A stretch of 62,961 nt of DNA, the filler included, from Saprolegnia diclina VS20 (lineage: Eukaryota): NCBI RefSeq assembly GCF_000281045.1. It is 5 parts of 2 records of this genome, joined end to end, with 100 filler letters (N's around TTAATTAATTAA, not from the genome) between each part and the next. Parts side by side here need not be neighbours in the genome. Positions count along the whole stretch, not along the records: positions 24,763 to 35,222 come from NW_008246146.1; positions 35,323 to 53,154 come from NW_008246146.1; 3 more parts are not named here. The stretch is one strand, 5' to 3'. Shown here piece by piece: positions 25,197 through 39,156 of the stretch. The position numbers and the translations under genes were made by a program. How positions within the stretch are numbered: the first letter of the stretch is position 1; each line of letters starts with the position of its first letter. The notes beneath the pieces were generated by a model. That model saw only the letters and a list, made by a program, of their open reading frames with translations, was not told the origin of the DNA and searched no databases.

Positions 25197-27369
25197 ATGG
25201 ACCACCCTGTGAGTACTCTCTTCCAGAGCTTAGCTCGCACCGCGCGGCTGCATCCGACGCGACCGTTCCTTGGCCACCGCCCTGTCGACGCCAATGGTGA
25301 CGCCGCCCCCTACGAGTGGCAGTCGTATGCGAGCGTACTTAGTCCCAAGACGTATGCTTGTTGGTGATTTCCCGTGCTCTAGTGCTACGAGCGTATCCAA
25401 GCCATTGGCTCAGCGCTCTTGAGCTCAGATTTAATCGCGTCGTCCGACGACGATGGCCACAAGCTCCTCGGTATTTACATGAAGAATCGACCCGAGTGGG
25501 TCCTGGCGCAGTACGCGGCCTACTACGCCGGCGCAACCGTCGTGCCCATCTACGACACGCTGGGCGTGACGTCGACGACGTTCATCCTCAACCAAACCTG
25601 CCTCGCAACCGTTGTCTGCACGTCAGTCGAAGCTGCGAGCTTGTTGGAGAAGGCTGCGTCAGCGCCGCAGCTGCGCCACCTCGTGCTCTGTGATGTGGAA
25701 AAGCCCAGCGAGGCCATCACGACGGCAGCAACAACTCACAACCTGAGCGTGACAACTTTGAAGGCGCTGGAGGAGACCGGCCGTGTGGCACGGCAGCCAC
25801 CTGCGAGTGTTGCGTGCACTGACGTGGCCATTTTGATGTATGGACCAAGGACCGTGAGGCGGTGCTTACTTGCTTTGTTGTAGGTATACGAGCGGAACGA
25901 CGGGCAACCCCAAGGGCGCGCTTTTGACCCACGCGTGCCTCCTCGCGCTGTTTCCCGGCATCGACGACCGCATTCTGCCCTTTGAGCCGGTCGCCTCCAT
26001 TTACCTCGCCGGCCCCGTCATGCTTTCGTACTTGCCGCTCGCTCATGTTGGTGAAAATCAGCTGCAAGCGTACGTCATCCATCACGGCGGCGCGATCGGC
26101 TTCTACCAGGGCAGTCCGCTCAAGATTGTCGACGACCTCCAGGCGCTGCGCCCGACTATTTTCTTTAGCGTCCCGCGCCTGCTCAACCGCATCTTTGACA
26201 AAATCATGGAAGCTGCGCTCGGAGCTGGTGGTGTTAAAGCCTGGCTTTTCCAAGCTGCGTACGACGCCAAGCTAGCCGGTGTCAAGGAAGGCCGCCTTGA
26301 CCACTGGTTCTACGATCGGCTGGTCTTCAACCCGGTGCGTGGGCTCACCGACTTGTGACGGAGGTTGATGCGCATACCTACGAACTAGCTCAAGGCGAAG
26401 CTCGGTCTTGATCGGTGCGGCTTGCTTGTTTCTGCGGCCGCGCCGCTGGCCCCGTCGGTGATGAACTTTTGGCGCGTCGTGCTCGGTCGCCCTTGCGTTG
26501 AAGCATACGGGCAAACCGAGACCGCCGGCATTGCATCTGTGACCGAGTTCTCCGATCTTGACCCGGGTACCATCGGTGTTGCGCTCACGAGCGCAGAGAT
26601 GAAGCTCATCTCAGCGCCAGAGATGGGGTATGTCATCCCAAAACTCGCCGACCTTCCTGACCTTGTCTAGGTATCTCACGAGTGACACGCGCCACGGTGA
26701 CGAAGTCGTCAAGGGGCGTGGCGAAGTGTGCATTCGAGGCCCCACAGTCTTCTCAGGCTACTTCAAGGAACCCGAGAAGACGGCCGAGGCGCTTGATGCT
26801 GACGGCTGGCTACACTCGGGTGACATTGGCGTCTGGACAGCCGACGGTCGCATCAAGCTCATCGACCGCAAGACCAACATCTTCAAGCTTGCCCAAGGCG
26901 AGTACGTGGCCGCAGAAAAGATCGAGAACGTCCTCCAGTCTTCGTCCCTCGTCAATCAAGCGTTTGTCTACGGTGACAGCTTCCGGTCGAGTCTCGTTGC
27001 CATCATTGTCCCCGACGAGATCGCTCTCTCGGCGCTTGCAGCTTCACTGCACCTCGATGGGTCGTTGGCCGACTGGTGCCGCAACTCCGAGGTATATGGC
27101 TCAATTCACCAGCTGGTCTCTGATGGTTGCGCTAGATCGTATCCGCCGTCCTCGCCAATTTGACCAAGCAAAGCAAGCAGGAGGGTCTACTCGGCTTTGA
27201 GACAGTGCGCGCGGTGCTGCTCGAGCCGACGCCTTTCTCGGCGGAGAACGGCTTGCTCACACCGACATTCAAGCTCAAGCGTCACGATGCCAAGGTCGTC
27301 TACGCCAAGATAATCGACGCGCTGTATGCGTCCAGCGGTGACGTCACCCACGTTGCGTCGCTGGGTTGA
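25197..27369 (+). CDS. ACSL: Long-chain fatty acyl-CoA synthetase, copy 1, multi-exon
   Basis: [64 protein letters not shown]. Confidence 0.93.
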
Positions 27370-27738
27370 GGTTGCCGTTTAAACCAGCCAATCAGAGTCC
27401 AGCTTTTTATCTGGCGGTCTTGATAACGTTGGTGAATCTGGCTCTGGGCTCGAAAGTGTTTCGGCGCAAGCCCAAGAGGCTCGTCGCATTGCCTACGTGC
27501 GCTTGATGCTATACCAATCAAGCGAAACCAAGAGACCGTGTCGTGTCTGGCCATATAGATGGGCACGAAATGCGAAAGAAGCACCTGTGACACGGATAAA
27601 GAGCACCTGTTTTAGTATCTAAGGTGCGCCTGTCTGGCAAAGTTGCTGAACCGACCCAATCAGCGCCTTGTTGGCAGTAGCTTGCACGGTGGGGCTGTCC
27701 AGCGTGTGGGTGGTCTGCGTCATTCCGCTTTTGACACG

Positions 27739-30093
27739 ATGGTCTTCCAGTTTGCGGCCGCACCGGCGGCGATCCCCGCGCTCATCACGCTGGCCCTCGG
27801 CGGCTGCTTGTACCAGGCGCTCAAGGCGTCGCCGACCTTGCCGCTCGACATGTACTCGACGATCGACGACGCCTCGGCCACGCCGGGCCACGGCGCGATC
27901 TACACGTACCGTGGAGAGCCCGTTACCCTCGAGAAGCTCACGCTGCTCGACCAACTGCTCAAGGCCGTCGACGCCTTCCCGAACCAGCCGTTCCTCGGCC
28001 GCCGACCCGTGGACGCTGACGGCGTCGCGGGGCCGTTCACGTGGCAGACGTACGCCGAGGTAGGACTGCTTGTTTACAAGATTGTCGCTCAGTGACCGAT
28101 CTGTTCGAAGTGCTACAAGCGCATCCAGTGCATTGCGTCGGGGCTCGTCGTGCACAAGATGCTGGAGCCGACCGACGACGGCCACAAGTTCCTCGGCATT
28201 TACATGAAGAACCGACCCGAGTGGGTGCTTTCGCAGTACGCAGCGTACCACGCCGGCGCGGCGGTCGTGCCCATCTACGACACGCTCGGTGTCACCTCCA
28301 CCGAGTTCATTCTCAACCAAACCGGCGTGACCACTGTCGTCTGCACCTCCGCCGAGCTCGAAGGCTTGCTCGCCAAGGCCAAATCGGTGACGTCGTTGCG
28401 TCATATCATCCTCGCCGACGTCACCACAATCGAAGCGTACTTGGTGGTTCGCGCCGGCGCGCTGGATGTCCGGCTCTGGACGCTGGCCGAAGTCGAAGCC
28501 GCGGGCGCGGTCTCGCTCGTGCCGGCCGTGCCCATTTCGCCAAGCTCCATGGCGCTTCTCATGTACTCAAATCTTATGCACGACAATTTTATCTGATTTG
28601 GAGCCAGGTACACGAGCGGCACGACAGGCGATCCCAAGGGCGCGATGCTGTCGCACACGAACCTCGTCACGGTGCGCCAGGGCACGTTTGCCCGCCTTGA
28701 GTTTGGCCGCGTCGGCAGGATGCTCAAGAGCCACCCGAGCGTTCTTTCGTACCTCCCGCTCGCCCACATTGCCGAGCAAAATTTGCAGGCGAGCATGATT
28801 CATGCGGCCGGCGCGATCGGTTTTTACCAGGGCGACCCGCTCAAGATCCTCGACGACCTCCAAGCTCTGCGCCCGACCATCTTTGCGAGCGTGCCCCGGC
28901 TCCTCAACCGCATTTACGAAAAAGTCATGGAGGCGGCGATGGGCGCGGGCGGTATCAAGGCGTGGCTCTTCGTCACGGCGCTGCACGCCAAGGTCGCGAA
29001 CCTCGAGCGCGGGTACGCGTCGCACGCGTTCTACGACCGCCTCGTGTTTGGCAAGGTAAATAGTATGCAGTGTTCCGGCTCGCGCGGCTCAGATTCGGAT
29101 TGTAGCTCAAGGCCAAGCTTGGGCTCGACCGCTGCGAACTCTTTTTTGCGGGCGCAGCCCCGCTCGCCCCGCCCGTCCTCTCGTTCTACCGCGTGCTGCT
29201 CAACTGCATGTGTCTTGAGATGTACGGTCAGACCGAAGTCAGCGGCAGCTCGACGATGACCGACCACCGCGAGTGCGACGCCGGCACCGTCGGTCCGCCG
29301 CTCGTGACAAGCCAAGTCAAGCTCGTGTCTGTGCCCGACATGGGGTAATCGTCCCATACAACGTCATGTAAGTTACCATCCTACTAGCTACCTCGTCGAC
29401 GACACCAAGCACGGCGACGACGACCAAGCGATGATCGTTTGCGGGCGCGGGGAAGTGTGCGTCCGTGGCCCCGCCGTCTTTGGTGGCTACTACAAGGACG
29501 CTGCGCGCACGGCCGAGGCGCTTGACGCCGATGGCTGGCTACACTCGGGCGACATTGGCGTCTGGACGACCGACGGCCGACTCAAGATCGTCGACCGCAA
29601 GAAGAACATCTTCAAGCTCGCGCAGGGCGAGTACGTCGCCCCCGAGAAGATTGAAAACGTCCTCCAAGCCTCGCCGTACGTCGCCCAAGTGTTCGTGTAC
29701 GGCGACAGCCTCCATGCGAGCCTCGTTGCCGTCGTCAACCCGGACGAAGCGGCGCTGACAGCGCTCGCCGCGACCCTCAACCTCGCGGGCTCGGTGGCCG
29801 ACTACTGCGCGTCGCCCGAGGTTCGGTTCGATATCTAGCTCTACGTCTGTGCTCATGGAATGCACTAGGTGGCCAAGGTCGTCCTCGCCGATCTGCAGCG
29901 CGTGAGCAAAGCGGGCGGCCTCCTCGGCTTCGAGACCGTGCGCGCCGTGCACCTCGAACCGACGCTCTTTGCGGTCGCCAACGATCTCTTGACGCCGACG
30001 CTCAAGCTCAAGCGCCACGTGGCCGCCAAGACGTACCGGCCCCAGATCGACGCCATGTATACGAGCGTTGGCGCCAAGGCCGCACAAGCCTAG
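27739..30093 (+). CDS. ACSL: Long-chain fatty acyl-CoA synthetase, copy 2 (N-terminal hydrophobic anchor)
   Basis: Same AMP-binding and FACS motifs; N-terminus [19 protein letters not shown]. Confidence 0.93.
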
Positions 30094-30645
30094 TCTGTCG
30101 TCATGACTGTGATGTGGACAAGATTGCTGTGTCATGTGGACCTCTCGTCGCAACGACGTGATCTGGTTCTGGGACTTGAAGTCGGCGGGCGCTTGCAGTT
30201 GCAGTACGACGCCACGTGGTCCGGATACATCGCCTGCACGTGTGTTCGAGCACGTATGTATCGGCCGTCGTTGGACAGCTTCTCGGATCATAGGCTACGC
30301 AAGTGCATCCTGCAGCATTAAGAACTTATCGGTACCAAGCGACGACCTATTTGCTCCTTGCTGGCTCGGCTATCCGGATAAAGATTTGAAAGGGAACCAT
30401 CTGGTGGCCGACCAGGCTCGCCAGTCGCCGCGACCGGAGCTTGGGAGGCGGAGGGGGATGGTCGGCGATGAGTTCACCGCGTCGATTTCAGTCGTGCGTC
30501 CCAGAACGATCTTGCGCTCGGTATAGATCGCCGCTCCTTGCTCCAGGTCGTTTACGCAATGGCCCGTGTAACTCATACGTGGAGGAGTATCTTGGCGGTT
30601 GTAGAATTTTGCTCGTCATTTTTGAAGCCACCTGCACCCAAGCAG

Positions 30646-32899
30646 ATGCCTTGCTGGACCACCGACGCCATCGTGCCACCGGCCGTCTTTTCGCAGCAGA
30701 TCGCTGAGGGCGACGACGTTGTCTACCGCAGCCTGCCGGGCGCCGCGCCGCTGGACGCGATGACGCTTATCGGCAGCCTCGCACGCACGGCGCGGCAGTT
30801 CCCGACGGCGCCCTTCTTGGGCCACCGGCCCATCGATGCGCTCGGCGTTGCGGGCCCATTCCAATGGCAAACGTACGCAGAGGTACGTCGCTCGCCTGGG
30901 CGCACTGGATGCTACGAGATGCATGCGTAGTGCTATGCGCGCGTCCAAGCGATCGCAGCCGCCTTTGTGCAGCACGAGATGCTGGAGCCGACCGACGACG
31001 GCCATACGTTCCTCGGCATTTACATGAAGAACCGACCCGAGTGGGTGCTTTCGCAGTACGCAGCGTTCTTCGCCGGCGCGGCGGTCGTGCCCATCTACGA
31101 CACGCTGGGTGCGACATCAACGGAATTCATCCTCAACGAGACCCGCCTCTCGACCGTCGTCTGCACGTCCGCCGAGGTGGAGACGCTCCTCCAGCGCGCG
31201 CCGCGCTGCCCGCACCTTCGACACATTGTCGTTTGCGACGTCGCGTCGCTCGAGCGGCCTCTGGTTGCAGCCGCGGCGGCGCGCGACCTCCGGCTATTTA
31301 CGCTGACGCAGCTCGAGGCGGATGGCCGCAGCCAGCCGATCGACTCGACAGCGCTTAGCGTAGAGGCGATGGCGATGCTCATGTATACGAGCGGCACGAC
31401 GGGCGACCCGAAAGGCGTGCCCATGACGCACGGCAACCTCAACGCGGTGCGCCACGGCATCCTCGACCGGCTCCGGAGCAGCGAGCGGCTCACAAACGTC
31501 ATGAACAGCCACCCGAGCGGGCTCTCATTCCTGCCGCTGGCCCACGTCGCAGAGCAGGGCATGCACACATCCATGATCTACATTGGCGGTGCGATTGGCT
31601 TTTACCAGGGCGACGCGCTCAAGCTGCTCGAGGACGTCCAGGCGCTGCGCCCGACGATATTCCTCAGCGTGCCCCGGCTCCTCAACAAGATTTACGACAA
31701 AATCATGGAAGGCGCGCTCGCGGCCGGTGGCGTCAAAGCCTGGCTCTTCCAGACCGCGCTCAACACCAAGCTCGCCAACTTGAACCAAGGGTATCAGACG
31801 CACAGCCTGTTCGACGCGCTCGTGTTCACCAAGGTGCGAGCTTGCACTTCCGGATAAGACTTGATGGACTGATACATTGATCCGGATAGCTCAAGATGGC
31901 GCTGGGGCTCGACCGGTGCGAAATTCTTTTGACGGGCGCGGCGCCGCTGTCGGCGACGGTCCTCTCGTTCTATCGTGTCGTGCTCGGCTGCACGTGCTTG
32001 GAGCTCTACGGGCAGACCGAGACAGGCGGCGCGGCCACGATGACCGACCTCCGCGAACTCGACGCCGGCAGCGTCGGCCCGCCCATGGTGTCGACCGAGA
32101 TCAAGCTCGTCTCAGTGCCCGACATGAAGTATTCGTATCGATCGAAGTACTCGAGCTCACAGACGATGATCAACATAGGTACAACGTCACCGACTCAGTG
32201 CATGGTGAAGGCGACGCGGCCATCGCTGTCAAGGGTCGCGGTGAAGTGTGCTTTCGCGGTCCGACCGTCTTTTCCGGGTACTTTAAAGCGCCGGCGAAGA
32301 CGGCCGAGGTGCTCGACGAAGACGGCTGGCTGCACTCGGGCGACATTGGCGTCTGGACGACCGACGGCCGACTCAAGCTCGTCGACCGCAAGAAGAACAT
32401 TTTCAAGCTCGCGCAGGGCGAGTACGTGGCGCCCGAGAAGATTGAAAACGTGTTGCAGACGTCGCCGCTCGTTGCCCAAGCTTTCGTCTATGGCGATAGC
32501 CTCCATGCGAGTCTGGTGGCCATCATCGTGCCCGAAGAGTCGGCGCTCCCTCCACTCGCCGCGACGCTCAAGGTCCCGGGCTCGTTTCTCGACTGGTGCA
32601 ACTCGCCAGCGGTGCGTTGACCCATTCTTATTGCCCAAGAATCCTATGGTGGCGGCATGTAGGTGACCAAAGCGGTGCTCTCGGACCTTCAGCGCGTCGG
32701 GCGCGAGAACGGGCTCCTCGGCTTTGAGCTCGTGCGGGCCATCGCGCTGGACCCGACGCCGTTCTCGGTTGAGAACGACCTTTTGACGCCGACGTTCAAG
32801 CTCAAGCGCCACGACGCTAAGCGCGCCTTTGCCTCCCGCATCGATGCGCTCTACGCGTCTGGCGTCTCGGTCGTCGCCGGTCACGCAGCCAAGCTCTGA
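30646..32899 (+). CDS. ACSL: Long-chain fatty acyl-CoA synthetase, copy 3 (C-terminal AKL, PTS1-type)
   Basis: Same motifs; ends GHAAKL*. Confidence 0.93.
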
Positions 32900-33538
32900 G
32901 TTTGCAAGAGTGTCTGCATGTCGTAATATAAGGACGTACTATAAAAAATTGCCCCTTCGTCATCACGATTGCGTTTTCGTGCGACCCATGTGCAATGTTG
33001 AAGACCATCTGCGAATACTAAAACGCCGAGTCTCCTGTATCGACGACGCTCTACGTGTCAGCCGTGAAATGAGGCCTGGCTAGCATCGAGGCTCGCAGTA
33101 GAAGAACGACGGCGGTCCAAGCAGCAAATACGATCAATTGTGTCAATGACCAAAGGTGCCAACGGCGACCTACGGAAAGGCGTTGCCACTGCGCAGACAG
33201 CGGCCCATCCTAGTCCTAGCCCGAATCCAACATGACACAATCACGAGTCCAGCTCGGTCCTAATTGAGCTCTCTCGCAAGGGTACTCGCAAGTCTACACT
33301 ATGCGACAAAACGACGGTTTCACTTGTAGACAGCTTGCGTAGCACATGTCTCGCAGATGTCATTACCACATGCCACAAGCGCGGCGCCATATTGCTCGCC
33401 AACGTAAACCATTGCCGTCTACGTCATACCATTACACCTCGCAGTAGTTGCTCACGAACCCCAGCCGAGCACCAGGTGGCGCTATTCAAACAAGCCACAC
33501 CGCTCGCCATTTTGCTTATTGCACGAACGAGACGCGAG

Positions 33539-35222
33539 ATGTTGTGCGGCCCGACCAACCGCCTCGAGGCCCCGGCCATGTACTCGCGCGCCGACCCGGC
33601 ACCTGCGAGCGGCGACGGCGCCATCTACATGAACCTGGCCTCGCAAGAGTCCAAGCTCGACGTCATGACGCTCATCGAGAGCCTCCAAAAGACGGTTGCA
33701 GCGCACCCCAACCGCCCGTTCCTCGGCCACCGCCCGATCAATGCCGACGGCGCCGCGGGTCCGTACGTATGGCAGACGTACGGCGAGGTATTTGCATGTC
33801 ATCGCGACTCTCTTCTCTGACATCGTCTTTTCTTTAGTGCGCAACGCGTATCGAGAACCTTGCCAAGGGCCTCCTCAAGCACAAGATGGTCGACGCCTCG
33901 GAGCAAGGCCACAAGTTCCTCGGCATCTACATGAAGAACCGACCCGAGTGGGTGCTCTCGCAGTACGCTGCGTTCTTTGCCGGCGCGATGGTTGTGCCCA
34001 TCTACGACACGCTCGGCGCCACGTCGACGACGTACATCCTCAACCAAACGCTCGTGGGTACCGTCGTCTGCACCTGCGCTGAGGTCGAGAGCCTCCTCGC
34101 CAAGGCGTCTGGCGCACCGACACTGCGTCACATCGTCCTCGCCGACGTCACGGTGCTCGAGGCGTCGCTCGCCGAGCGCGTGTCGGCGGCGGGTCTGCAG
34201 CTCTGGACGCTCGGTGACATTGAAGCGGCCGGCGCCATGGAGACGGAGGCACCGCCGGCATCGGCCAAGCCCGACGATGTGTGCATGCTCATGTATCGTT
34301 GGCGACTGAACGAACCCGATATCTCATGTATGGGCTAGGTACACGAGTGGCACGACGGGGGATCCCAAGGGTGCGATGATCACGCACGGCAACCTCAACG
34401 CCGTGCGCTACGGCATGGTCGAGCAGCTCTGCATGTCGCCGTCCGTGGCCACCATGCTCCACGGGGAGCCGAGCGTTCTGTCGTTTTTGCCCCTTGCGCA
34501 CGTTGCCGAGCAGACGATGCACGCCGCCTACGTTTACCTCGGCGGCGCCATTGGCTTCTCCCAAGGCAACACGCTCAAGCTCGTCGAGGACGTCCAGGCG
34601 CTGCGCCCGACGTTCTTCCTCGCCGTGCCCCGGCTCCTCAACAAGATGTACGACAAGATCACTGAAGGCGCGGCGGCGGCCGGTGGCGTCAAGGCCTGGC
34701 TCTTCCAGACCGCGCTCAACACCAAGCTCGCCAACCTTGCGCAGGGCGAGACGTCCCACGCTGTCTACGACGCGCTCATCTTTTCCAAGGTACAACCGCA
34801 GCTCCTCTGGGAAATACCTTAACGAAGCGCACACGTTCGCAGCTCAAGGCTAAATTGGGCCTCGACCGCTGTGCGCTTTTGGCCACGGGCGCGGCGCCGC
34901 TTCCGGCGCACGTGCTCTCGTTCTTCCGCGTCTTCCTCGGCTGCACGTGCACCGAGTTGTACGGCCAGACCGAGACGACGGGCGCGACCAACTTGACTGA
35001 CTTTCGTGATCTCGACGCCGGTACCGTTGGCTCGCCCATGGTGACGGCCGACGTCAAGCTTGTCTCCGTGCCCGACATGGGGTAAGAATCTTGGCTGGTC
35101 CACAACCAGCAATCTCACACGATCCTAGGTACAACGTCACCGACACAGTGCATGGTGAAGGCGAGGCAGCCATTGCGGTCAAGGGTCGTGGTGAAGTTTG
35201 TATCCGCGGCCCGACCGTCTTT
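33539..35222 (+). CDS. ACSL: Long-chain fatty acyl-CoA synthetase, copy 4, 3' truncated at scaffold end
   Basis: [33 protein letters not shown] up to the N gap. Confidence 0.9.
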
Positions 35223-35322
35223 NNNNNNNNNNNNNNNNNNNNNNNNNNNNNNNNNNNNNNNNNNNNTTAATTAATTAANNNNNNNNNNNNNNNNNNNNNN
35301 NNNNNNNNNNNNNNNNNNNNNN
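35223..35322. other. Artificial scaffold linker
   Basis: N-TTAATTAATTAA-N. Confidence 0.97.
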
Positions 35323-36994
35323 CAATCTCGGTGATGTAGTCCATGAGGATCGACGTCGAGTTGTACATGGCTTGGCGCGCGAGCGAATTCGTCGCCAAGT
35401 GCTTCCAGAACGACCGGTTGAGAAGCTGGTCCATGGCCACGACCAGGAGGATGTTCAAGATCAAACCGCCAGCAATCGCACCGCTGACGCGGATGTAAAA
35501 ACTGCTGTAAAAGTTGATAAAGACGCCGTCAAGCTTCTGCACGGCCATCGTGAGGTCTTGCCGCACGCCGTTGTTGTACTCGATGAACGCAGGGACGTAA
35601 AAGAGAAGGACGGCGCTGAGGTACAAGGACGTGACGCTCGTGAAATTGCAAAAGCCCATGAGTTTGCTTTCGCCACAGTAGCTCGCGCTGGACACGAGGT
35701 TGACGAGGAACTTGAGCACCTTTAGAAACGCACAGTTGAGCCAAAGCAAGCGCGTACTGAGCGCAAATGTCTGGATCGACATCCACGGGTCCGCCTTGAG
35801 TTGGTTGAACCAGTTGACTTCGCGGATGAACATGATGCCACGGCCCATGTCGAGGATGACGCCGGTCGTATACAGCAGCACAAAGATGTCCGAGTTGTAG
35901 CAAAACATATCAAAGCGGAGCGCCTTGGAGACGTGCGGGTACTTCTCGGGCAGCACCGTCTTGACGACGCGGTGCAGAAACGACTGGATCGAGTGCACAT
36001 CGGCGTCCTGCCACTGCACCGTCCGTCGGCTCGCAATGTAGCCGCCGAGCGCAAACACCAGCGCAATGCACTTGAGGTAGTTGGAGACCGAGCTAAAGAC
36101 GCTTTGCTGGAGCATGAGCCCGTTCGACCACAGTGCGCCTTCGACGTGCGACGTGTTGGTGATTTTGAGCGTCTTGGCGGTCGTGTTGTAAGTCATCGTG
36201 AGCTCGCACGACGCGTAGCCAAAGCTCGCGATCGGGACACACCCGGTGCAAAAGCACTTTGGCTGGTACCGGTAAAACGAGACGTTTAACATTTGCGGCG
36301 TCGAGACGTTCTTGACCGGGATCGGCTCAGTGAGGCGCATGTCGGTTTGTTGGCGGGTGGGGGTATACCCCAAAGCGGCGAGCTGGAGGTGGTTCATCGA
36401 GCCATTCGCGAGGTTGACCGAGCCTTCGTCGGTCGACACGTGTGTGAACGCATTTCCGCGCAGAAACGTGATTGCATCTTGGACAACACCGAGCTGCGGG
36501 CTGCCGTTCGCAAGGTCCACGGGGTACGTCTTCTTGAAAATGGTGCAAAACGTGGCAAATGTCGAGTCCATGACAAACGTGCCAGCGTCGAGGAGGTAGA
36601 TGTTCGGGTTGCTCGGCGTCACGAGGTTCGTGAGCGTGTAGTTCATGTTCCAGGCGCCAATGTTGGACACATCGCGGAGGCTCCAGCCCTTGGGAAAGGC
36701 GTAGAGACTCGCGAGTTGGCCAGTGTTTGTGATCGTGGCCACCGCCGTCGCGTACATGTAGCCGTTGCCGACAAAGTCGTTGATGGCCCAGTTGTTGAAG
36801 AGCGCGTCGATGCACACAAGCGCGACGACGAGGATACCGAGCACGTAGGCGCCAAAGGTCAAGACCTGCTGAATGCGAAGGCTCGCCTTGGCATACAGCG
36901 TATGGCCTTGACCAGCGCCTGGGTGCATCGCGTAGATCTGGCTCTGGCTCTTGGACTTGACGACAACATTGCTTGAGCGGCGTCGGCTGGACAT
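35323..36994 (-). CDS. Multi-pass transmembrane protein of unknown function, 3' truncated
   Basis: Intronless ORF of >550 aa; one N-terminal TM, a large N-glycosylation-site-rich loop, then several TM helices; motifs NNWAINDFVGNG, FDMFCYNSD. Confidence 0.8.
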
Positions 36995-37889
36995 TGCTGG
37001 ATGGCGCCAAAATCGACTCTGATGCAACCGTCTTGAACCCTTGTAAGCGCCAAAATTAGCCGCGAGTTTCACGGCCATAGAAACCACATATCAAAAAATA
37101 TATGAAAGCAGGCTTAATTTGGGTTGACGGCTTGGTGCCAGCGACGTTAAGCCCAGCATCAGTGCGTCGTTGGCGGGCGGGTCGATTTCTGCACTGAGAA
37201 TACGGGAAGCGGGTGGGTGTTCCGGCACACAACCTCGAAAAGCGGTCACATCACCGAACTCAGTCAGTGGAACTGAGTGGCTATATGCGCAGGGCTATAA
37301 ATACGCTCGCACCTCGGGACGACGCCATCGCAATCGTCATCGAAGTGTTATAAGTATGGTACATGGACGAGGCAAAAATACAGTCGAGCCTCGCTGCTGC
37401 CCTCGGGTGTCGCGGTGTGTGCAAGCTCGTGCGTTGTGACGTCGTCGCTCTCTGTCCCGTGTCCCAACTTTGACGTCGGGGATGGCCGGCGAGAAATAAT
37501 AGTCACGCACATTGCTATATAGCCTTTTACGCGCGTTAGCGTTCTGATTGCGAGCCAAAAAGATGGTCGCATACGTAAGTGTGTTGACCAGATCAATGTG
37601 CCACGATCGTCTCGGTGAGCTCCGTTTTGAGCTCTCTATTCGGCATCAAAACACCCCGGTCCTTGCATTTGTTTGGCGAATCTGGAGACACGATGGAACG
37701 GTTACATGGACGATGTGCGAAGTCATCATCAGTTGGCCCAAGGCGATTCCCAGCATGGCCGCCGCAACGTCCCTTGGTTGTTAGCCGCAGCAAAGTGGAG
37801 CACTCCTTCGTCGCGCTATGGTCAAATGCCTCCATGAACTAGGAAGAAGCGAATTGTATCGACTAAATTAAGGGATATTTCCGTGGCGA

Positions 37890-38435
37890 TCACGGCTGGT
37901 TAAACTCGTAGAGGACAGTGGCGAGGTCTTCATCGTAGTAGCTCTCGTCCGACACTGTGCACACCGGCGGCGGCACTGTCGGCGGCGGCGCGCAAGCCGA
38001 CTGTATGACCATCGCGAGCACAGACGTTTGCTGGACAAGCGCCTGGAGTTGGACCTCGAGGCGGTCCATGGTGACGCGCAGATCGTCAACCTCGCTTTTG
38101 GAGACGCCGTCGTCGGCGATGTGGTAGGTCTTGCGCCGAATGGCCTTCATGGCCTCGGGCGCGTCTCGTCGAAAGTGGGGATGCTGGAAGCTAAACTGAG
38201 CCTCGTCTCGCTTGCGCTGGCGGAAGCGGGTCTTCTCGAAGCCGTAGAAGCGCAGTTGACGCGAAAACGAGGCAAAGTTGTTGTGGTTAAAGTAGCGCGA
38301 CAGGAGGCTGCCCTCGAGCGTCTTGACGTCATAGACTAGGAACGCGTCGCCGGCCGATGACCAGGACAGCACCGACGGCGGGCTCTGTGACAGCATCGAA
38401 TACGTCTTTTGCAAAAACACCGACGACGACGCCAT
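37890..38435 (-). CDS. HSF-type DNA-binding transcription factor
   Basis: FLQKTYSML...SWS..GDAFLV...YFNHNNFASFSRQLRFYGFEK...FQHPHFRRD, followed by a coiled coil. Confidence 0.92.
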   Translation of the reverse strand: MASSSVFLQKTYSMLSQSPPSVLSWSSAGDAFLVYDVKTLEGSLLSRYFNHNNFASFSRQLRFYGFEKTRFRQRKRDEAQFSFQHPHFRRDAPEAMKAIRRKTYHIADDGVSKSEVDDLRVTMDRLEVQLQALVQQTSVLAMVIQSACAPPPTVPPPVCTVSDESYYDEDLATVLYEFNQP

Positions 38436-39156
38436 CCCAAATGCAAAATGCGCCAACAATTCATTTTCGAGCTTTGACAGATGGTTCCTACTGCTGGACA
38501 GCGACACAGATGGTGGTGGTAGGCATGCCAGATGGCCAACTGCAAGAGATGTTGACTCGGACATCGCACACACCGGCGTCGTTGCCACTTGGCCTCCACC
38601 AGTGCATTAGCAAGACGACCTCGGAAAGATCCCCGCGCGTCGTTGGGCCAGGAACTTGCAGCGCGTCCCACACCACGACCGCAGCCCGGTTAGTGAGCAA
38701 ACCAAAATCGCTTCTCGTAACGCCACGTCATGGGTGTCTTCGTCGGAACAGCGCAAGTGGCCGTTCGTGAAGTCGCCCCGTGGGCTTCGCGCCGACGCGC
38801 TGAATCAGTTGAGCGATTGGTTGTCGGTCCGAGGTGCACCCCTCTACCCCTCTCACCAAGTGTAGCCCAAGCAGCGAAATGGCGCCAACACCGCCGCCTG
38901 CACAGAGATCAAGCGAGAGCGAAGCGCCAACTAAGCACTGAGAGCGCTGCGAGATACGGAGGCGATAGTGCTACACCTATTGTAGTGGTATCGCATTACG
39001 TTGGCTGCGTTTTGATTTGTTTAGCCCTGTCTTGGACACATCAAGATGAGTTATAGCTATGGATGTACCGTGCCTCCGAAGCGTCCGGAACCGACAGGAC
39101 CAGTGGACGGACGCTGTCACACGCATGATAACCACAAGCATTTTGCGTCTTGATGA

